From the NCBI GenBank assembly GCA_050299555.1, contig JBNKWA010000077.1:15490-79489 (forward strand): DNA of 64,000 nucleotides, in the 5' to 3' direction. Origin of the DNA: Paracoccaceae bacterium. Its GTDB lineage: Bacteria > Pseudomonadota > Alphaproteobacteria > Rhodobacterales > Rhodobacteraceae. The translations under genes and the position numbers were made by a program. The notes under the pieces are model-generated. The model saw only the letters and a program-made list of their open reading frames with translations, did no database searches and was not told where the DNA came from. This document shows positions 58,876 through 64,000 of the stretch, in pieces. How positions within the stretch are numbered: position 1 is the first letter of the stretch; each line of letters begins with the position of its first letter.

Positions 58876-59747
58876 TTCCCGGCTTTGCGGCGGGCGCCTC
58901 CGGCGGCCGTCTTGCGCGCCGGCTTCTTCTCGGCGTCGGCCTTGCCGCGGCTTTTCGCCGGCGGTTTCTGCTCGGTCAGGCTGGCCTTCAGCGCATCCAT
59001 GAGGTTGACCACGTTGCCGCGCTCGGGCGCCGCGGCGATGACCGGCGTGTGACCCTTGATCTTGTCGCGGATCATTTCCATCAGCGCCGTCTCATAGCGA
59101 TCCTCGTAGGCCTTGGGATCGAAGCTGGTGGTCTTCTGCTCGATCAGCCTTTCGGCCAGTGCCAGCATGTCGGCATCCGGCTTGCCATCGGGGATGTTCT
59201 CGAAATAGGCAGCGGTGCCGCGCACTTCCGCGGGGTTCCTTAGGGTCTGCACGAACATTCCGTTGTCCAGGGCGCCGATGGTGACCACGCGCTCGCGGCT
59301 GGACAGCACCAGCCGGGCAACGGCCAGCTTGCCGGATTCGCGCAGCGCCTCGCGCAGGACGATGAAGGTCTCCTCGGCCATGGCGCCGTCGGGTGCGAGG
59401 TAATACGGCGCCTCCTGGAAGATCGGCTCGACCTCGTCCGCATCCACAAAGGCCTCGATGTCCAGCGTGTGCCTGGACTCGATCTTCACCGCCTCGAGGT
59501 CCTCATCGGTGATGATGACGTATTTCTTGTCCTCGTACTCGTAGCCCTTGACCAGGTCGGACCGCTCCACCAGCCCCAGCTCCGGGTCGACCGGCTTCAT
59601 GTTGATGCGGTTGTGGGTGTCCTTGTGGAGCTGGTTGAACCGGATCCGCTCGGACGAACTGGTGGCCGGGTAAAGCCGCACCGGACAGGTGACCAGACTC
59701 AGCTTCAGATAGCCCTTCCAGCTTGCGCGTGGCGCCATTGGTGGCAC
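58872..59747 (-). CDS. ku: Ku protein (NHEJ DNA-end-binding) with Lys-rich C-terminal tail
   Basis: ASWKGYLKLSLVTCPVRLYPATS...FNQLH... canonical bacterial Ku. 291 aa. Confidence 0.95.
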   Translation of the reverse strand: MPPMAPRASWKGYLKLSLVTCPVRLYPATSSSERIRFNQLHKDTHNRINMKPVDPELGLVERSDLVKGYEYEDKKYVIITDEDLEAVKIESRHTLDIEAFVDADEVEPIFQEAPYYLAPDGAMAEETFIVLREALRESGKLAVARLVLSSRERVVTIGALDNGMFVQTLRNPAEVRGTAAYFENIPDGKPDADMLALAERLIEQKTTSFDPKAYEDRYETALMEMIRDKIKGHTPVIAAAPERGNVVNLMDALKASLTEQKPPAKSRGKADAEKKPARKTAAGGARRKAGK

Positions 59748-59759
59748 TCCTGTTCTTTT

Positions 59760-62216
59760 TCACAGCCTGATCCTGCCGGTCGGCAAGGCCCGCGCGGCGG
59801 CGTCGATGTCGCGCCACGGGTCGCCTGCCTGCTGCAGAAGCCGCGGCAGGGAAGAATAGTTCAAATCCTCCGGTGCGTCGACGGACTCGAGATCCGGCCA
59901 GTTAATCGGTGCAGATGCCGGCAGACTGGTGCGCGCGCGCAACGAATATGGCGCCGCCGAGGTGGCGCCGCGGACGTTGCGGTGGAAGTCGATGAAGATT
60001 CGCCGCCGTCGCTTGTCCTTGGCCTGGGTGGTGACAAAGGTCTGCGGCTCGGCCCCGGCGATGGCTTCGGCGATTGCGCCGGTGGCGCCGTGCACCTTGT
60101 CCCAGCCGAGCCGGGGCTTGATCGGGACCACGACGTGGATGCCCTTGCCACCCGATGTCTTCACGAACGGTACCAGCCCCAGCCCCTCCAGCACGCCGCG
60201 GATATGGATCGCCGCCTCGACGATCTCGCGCCAGGCGATGCCTTCGCCGGGGTCGAGGTCGAAGGTCACCCGGTCGGGTTTGTCCAGCTGCTGGCGGTGG
60301 CTGCCCCAGCTGTGGAACTCCACCACCCCGAATTGCGCCAGCCCCAGATAGCCGCGGGCGTCCTCGATGGCGATGTAGGATTTGGTCTCGCCGTCCGAGG
60401 TGGTCACCGGAAAGCTCGCCACCGACGGCGGCATCCCGGAAAACGCGTGGCGCTGGAAAAAGCAGTCCTGGGGTCGGCCGGTGGGGCAGCGGATCAGCGA
60501 CACCGGGCGGCCGAGGATGTGCGGCAGCATGAAGTCGCCGACCGACGCGTAGTAGACAGCGACATCGAGCTTGGTGGCGCCGGAGCGGCCGAAAAGGCGA
60601 CGGGTCGGGTTGGTGACCCAGACCGAGGCGAGATCGGCATCCGAGATCAGCCGCTCCCGGGGCGCCGGGTCGGCGGGCGCGAAGGCGACCTCGCGCAGGC
60701 CCTTGAAGACCGCATGGCGGAGCGCGCCCGTCGCCGTTCTCGTCGCATAGTGGACATGGGCGGTCAGCACCGGCCTGACCCAGCGGATACCCTTGGGTGC
60801 CCTGTCGAGCGCCACGCCGCCATCCTCGAGCGGCTGCAGCCGGGCGAGAAGGTCGGCAAGCGTCGCCTCGTCGAAACCGGTGCCGACCTTGCCGACATAA
60901 GCCAGCTCGTCGCCCCGCCATTCGGCCAGCGCCAGCGCGCCCAGGCCGCCGGTCGCCGCCGACGCGGTGAAGCCCGCGATGGCGAAATCGCCCACCTTCA
61001 CCGCCTTCACCTTGAGCCAGCTTCGGGACCGGCCCGGCTGATAGGCCGCATTGCCGCGCTTGGCGATCACCCCCTCCAGCCCCATCTCCGAAACGCGCTC
61101 GAAGAACGCCCCGCCGCCGCCTTCCACGTGGTCGAGATACTGCACCGGCGCGTTGCGGGGCAGGCCCTGCAGCAGCGTGGCCAGCAGCGCCTTGCGGCGG
61201 ACGAGCGGCGCGGCGGTCAGGTCCCAGCCATCGAGAAACGGCAGGTCGAAGGCATAGAAGATCAGCCGCTCGCTCTCCCCCTTCGACAGCGCCTCCTGCA
61301 GCAGCGTCAGGTGGGTGGCGCCGGTCTCGTCCTGCACCACGACCTCGCCGTCGATCACCGCCTCGCGGCAGGGCAGCGCGCCGAAGGCCCCCGCCAGCGC
61401 GCCATAACGCCCGGTCCAGTCCAGCCCGCTGCGGGTGACCAGCCGCGCCTCGCCGCCGGCGATCCGGGCGGTTGTGCGATAACCGTCGAGCTTGATCTCG
61501 TGCAGCCAGTCGTCGCCTTCCGGCGGTGCGGCGGCTGCACTGGCGAGCTGCGGCGGCAGCCGGTCGGGGAGGGGGGCCTTGGCGGCGCCGGGCAGGTTGC
61601 CGGGCCGCAGCGGCCTCGATCTGGCGGGCGTTGGCTCGGTGGGCGGCGGTTCGGCCAGCAGGTCCTCGATCCGGCGCCCGGACTTCACGCTTTCCGGGCG
61701 CGCCTCCAGGACATCCGTCTCCCGGTCTGCCGCCTGGTCGCGCTCCTTGAAGAGCAGCCAGTTGCGCCTGGTCTCGCCGTCCTTGGGCTTCAGCCGGGCC
61801 AGCATCCAGCCGCCCCTCAGCTTCTCGCCGGCAAGGCGGAACTTGAACGCGCCGGCGGCGAGGCTTTCGCCCGGATCCTCCATCGGCGCCCAGGTGCCGG
61901 TGTCCCAGACGATCATCGGCCCGCCACCGTATTCGCCGGCCGGGATGACGCCCTCGAAGTCGATATAGTCGAGCGGGTGGTCCTCGGTCTCCACCGCCAG
62001 CCGCTTGTCGTCTGGGTCAAGCGACGGCCCCTTGGGCACAGCCCAGGATTTCAGCACCCCGTCCAGCTCCAGCCGCAGATCGTAATGGTCGGCGGTGGCA
62101 TGATGCTTGTGAACGACAAAACGGTTGCCGCCCGCCCCGGGCCTGCCGCCCTGCGGCTCGGGCGTGCGGGCGAAGTCGCGCTTGGCGCGATAGCTGTCGA
62201 GTTTCGCCTTGGCCAT
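59760..62216 (-). CDS. ligD: ATP-dependent DNA ligase LigD (phosphoesterase-ligase-polymerase/primase order)
   Basis: ATG at 62216 (MAKAKLDSYRAKRDFARTPEP). PE domain FVVHKHHATADHYDLRLE, adenylation motif EIKLDGYR, Pol domain KTSGGKGIHVVVPI. Confidence 0.95.
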   Translation of the reverse strand: MAKAKLDSYRAKRDFARTPEPQGGRPGAGGNRFVVHKHHATADHYDLRLELDGVLKSWAVPKGPSLDPDDKRLAVETEDHPLDYIDFEGVIPAGEYGGGPMIVWDTGTWAPMEDPGESLAAGAFKFRLAGEKLRGGWMLARLKPKDGETRRNWLLFKERDQAADRETDVLEARPESVKSGRRIEDLLAEPPPTEPTPARSRPLRPGNLPGAAKAPLPDRLPPQLASAAAAPPEGDDWLHEIKLDGYRTTARIAGGEARLVTRSGLDWTGRYGALAGAFGALPCREAVIDGEVVVQDETGATHLTLLQEALSKGESERLIFYAFDLPFLDGWDLTAAPLVRRKALLATLLQGLPRNAPVQYLDHVEGGGGAFFERVSEMGLEGVIAKRGNAAYQPGRSRSWLKVKAVKVGDFAIAGFTASAATGGLGALALAEWRGDELAYVGKVGTGFDEATLADLLARLQPLEDGGVALDRAPKGIRWVRPVLTAHVHYATRTATGALRHAVFKGLREVAFAPADPAPRERLISDADLASVWVTNPTRRLFGRSGATKLDVAVYYASVGDFMLPHILGRPVSLIRCPTGRPQDCFFQRHAFSGMPPSVASFPVTTSDGETKSYIAIEDARGYLGLAQFGVVEFHSWGSHRQQLDKPDRVTFDLDPGEGIAWREIVEAAIHIRGVLEGLGLVPFVKTSGGKGIHVVVPIKPRLGWDKVHGATGAIAEAIAGAEPQTFVTTQAKDKRRRRIFIDFHRNVRGATSAAPYSLRARTSLPASAPINWPDLESVDAPEDLNYSSLPRLLQQAGDPWRDIDAAARALPTGRIRL

Positions 62217-62352
62217 GTTTTCCGGGGCCCGGTGGGACGGTGGGGCCGAGCCTATGGCCTCGGGCCGTGAGGCGGCAAGCGCAAGGATCGGGTTGGCTTT
62301 CCGTGGCCCGGCCTCGATAATCGAGGGGCATTCGGGGCGGGGAGGCCGGGCA

Positions 62353-63153
62353 ATGACTGGGACAGGCACGATTCGCGTCGGCATCGGCGGCTGGACCTTC
62401 GCGCCATGGCGCGGCAGCTTCTATCCCGAGGATCTGACGCAGAAGCGCGAGCTGGAATACGCGGCCAGCAAGCTGACCTCGATCGAGATCAACGGCACCT
62501 ACTACGGCTCGCAAAAGCCCGAGAGCTTCCGCCGCTGGCACGACGAAACGCCGGACGGGTTCATGTTCGCGGTCAAGGGGCCGCGCTTTGCCACCAACCG
62601 CCGGGTCCTGGGCGAGGCCGGCGAATCGATCGACCGGTTCTTTTCCAGCGGCCTGCTGGAGCTGAAGGACAAGCTGGGGCCGGTGAACTGGCAGTTCATG
62701 GCCACCAAGGCCTTCGATCCGGAGGATTTCGAGGCGTTCCTGAGCCTTCTGCCTACGTCGCTGGACGGGCGGGCCCTGCGCCATGCGGTCGAGGTGCGGC
62801 ACGACAGCTTCCGGGTGCCGGAATTCGTGGCGCTGGCGCGCAAGTATGGCGTGGCGGTGATCGCGGCGGCGGACGGCAAGTACCCGCAGATCGCCGATGT
62901 GACGGCGGATTTCGTCTATGCGCGGATCATGGGGACGACCAAGGGCGAGGCCGAGGGATATCCGGCGGCTGCGCTCGATGCCTGGGCGGCGCGGGCCATG
63001 GCCTGGGCGGGAGGCGCGGTGCCCGAAGGGCTGGAGCGGGCGTCGGAAACGGACGCGGCGCCGGGTCCGCGGGACGTCTTCCTCTACGTGATCAGCGGCA
63101 ACAAGGTGGCGAACCCGGCGGCGGCGATGGCACTGATCCGGCGGCTGAGCTGA
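62353..63153 (+). CDS. DUF72 (YecE-like) family protein
   Basis: ATG at 62353. IRVGIGGWTFAPWRGSFYPEDL...LTSIEINGTYY DUF72 signature. Divergent from ligD. Confidence 0.9.
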   Translation: MTGTGTIRVGIGGWTFAPWRGSFYPEDLTQKRELEYAASKLTSIEINGTYYGSQKPESFRRWHDETPDGFMFAVKGPRFATNRRVLGEAGESIDRFFSSGLLELKDKLGPVNWQFMATKAFDPEDFEAFLSLLPTSLDGRALRHAVEVRHDSFRVPEFVALARKYGVAVIAAADGKYPQIADVTADFVYARIMGTTKGEAEGYPAAALDAWAARAMAWAGGAVPEGLERASETDAAPGPRDVFLYVISGNKVANPAAAMALIRRLS

Positions 63154-63297
63154 GGGGCGGCGGTTCTGGGAACGGGCGAGCCGCCAATTCGCAGCCCCTC
63201 TTCGCGCCGCCATTTCGCGCCCGCGCGCCCGCGCGGCCAATTCGCTCCGAAGTCCGGACCAAGGCCGCCGCGGACGAATCAGTAAGAAAGGTCCGCT

Positions 63298-63543
63298 CTA
63301 GTGCCGGCCCCCGGCTAGCAGTGGGGCATCATGAGCCGGCTGTGTCTCGACCAGCCCCGCCTCTGCCAGCACCCGCTCCGAGAACGACACCGGGCAGTCG
63401 GAGCTGTGGACGACGTTACCGGTTTGGAGATCGGCCATGCGCCCGCAGTGGCGGCATTTGCTGCCGCGGCAATCATCAATCATGGCGGTGCTGATTAGCG
63501 CATTCGCCATGCTGACGAGTTCGTCGACGAACCTCGAACGCAT
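63298..63543 (-). CDS. Hypothetical small Cys-rich protein (orphan, start uncertain)
   Basis: MRSRFVDELVSMANALISTAMIDDCRGSKCRHCGRMADLQTGNVVHSSDCP... GGAG lies 9 nt before this ATG. No recognisable family. Confidence 0.3.
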   Translation of the reverse strand: MRSRFVDELVSMANALISTAMIDDCRGSKCRHCGRMADLQTGNVVHSSDCPVSFSERVLAEAGLVETQPAHDAPLLAGGRH

Positions 63544-63768
63544 AAACATCTTCTCCCCCACCGGGATCAGGTTACCGGTCTAGCGTGGCGCCACGCAATG
63601 GTGGATTGATGATAGAAATACGGTAGAAACTGGGCACCCCGCCACCCGCAACCGGTAGTTGAATGCTAGAACGCCTCTTTGCGACTGGCAAGTGAGGTTG
63701 AGCACGCAAACGAGGAAATCGGCGCGCCGCCAATTGGCCCGCCTCAAAGGCCGTTCCGCTCCCGCGAG

Positions 63769-64000
63769 TCAGGCGCGCTCGGCGTATTCCAGCGTTTCGG
63801 TGTTGACGACGATGGCTTCGTCGGTGGCGATGAACGGCGGCACCATGATCCTGACGCCGTTGTCGAGCAGTGCCGGCTTGTAGCTGTTGGCGGCGGTCTG
63901 GCCCTTCACCACCGGCTCGGTCTCGACCACCTTGCAGGTGACCTTCTGCGGCAGGGTGGCGCTCAGCGCCTCGTCGCCGAAATACTCGATGGTCACGGTC
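63769..64000 (-). CDS. efp: Elongation factor P (C-terminal part, gene runs off the window)
   Basis: ...LPQKVTCKVVETEPVVKGQTAANSYKPALLDNGVRIMVPPFIATDEAIVVNTETLEYAERA is a canonical EF-P domain II/III. The M in the track is a GTG inside the gene. Confidence 0.9.
   Translation of the reverse strand, partial: TVTIEYFGDEALSATLPQKVTCKVVETEPVVKGQTAANSYKPALLDNGVRIMVPPFIATDEAIVVNTETLEYAERA

Overview
Visibly GC-rich (roughly two-thirds G+C by eye, not computed) chromosomal DNA of an alphaproteobacterium, most likely Rhodobacterales-like. Evidence for that: rplU-rpmA-GNAT-obgE-proB-proA synteny, cycJ/ccl-type cytochrome c maturation genes, an RcGTA-type endolysin/3TM-holin pair and a GTTC-N7-GTTC SOS box. 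I call about 65 protein genes, one tRNA-Ser(CGA), several degenerate mobile-element or gene remnants, a few regulatory sites and terminators, and a new-looking 68-80 bp repeat family. Most other ORFs in the six-frame track are GC-driven shadow ORFs overlapping real genes.

Gene content, left to right:
- Tail of a Nit1C/MSMEG_0567-0572-type cluster.
- Amino-acid ABC importer, GntR regulator and gamma-glutamyltransferase.
- IS6 remnant.
- A 10-gene minus-strand operon: ribose-type ABC importer, LamB/YcsF, BCCP, biotin carboxylase, KipI/KipA-type carboxyltransferase halves, BioY and a cupin, with a divergent LysR regulator.
- A decayed island scar next to tRNA-Ser.
- rplU (with a C-terminal fusion), rpmA, three tandem GNATs, obgE, proB, a TauE-family gene and proA.
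- mepK-like/ldtD-like pair.
- LpxD paralog, ACP and KAS.
- ialB-like gene and a DUF853 ATPase.
- CNNM/TlyC-family gene, xerD, aroK and aroB.
- DMT transporter and radical SAM gene.
- murI, argC, ccmE, GTA-type endolysin and holin, phzF-like gene, ccmF and ccmH.
- Enoyl-CoA hydratase, SOS-boxed dnaE2 C-terminal remnant, ferredoxin, purD and xseA.
- xthA, alpha/beta hydrolase, BRCT-TPR protein, ku and ligD.
- DUF72 gene and partial efp.

Best candidates for something undescribed:
1. The five-gene, translationally coupled ligD-ku-BRCT/TPR-hydrolase-xthA operon.
2. The GTCCCCAYGGGGAC...GGGGAC-N-GGGGAC repeat family, found only between convergent genes. Two copies in inverted orientation bracket the ialB-DUF853 segment.
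3. The LpxD-paralog/ACP/KAS trio.
4. The importer-coupled split biotin carboxylase operon.

All coordinates were derived by hand counting. No database search was possible.
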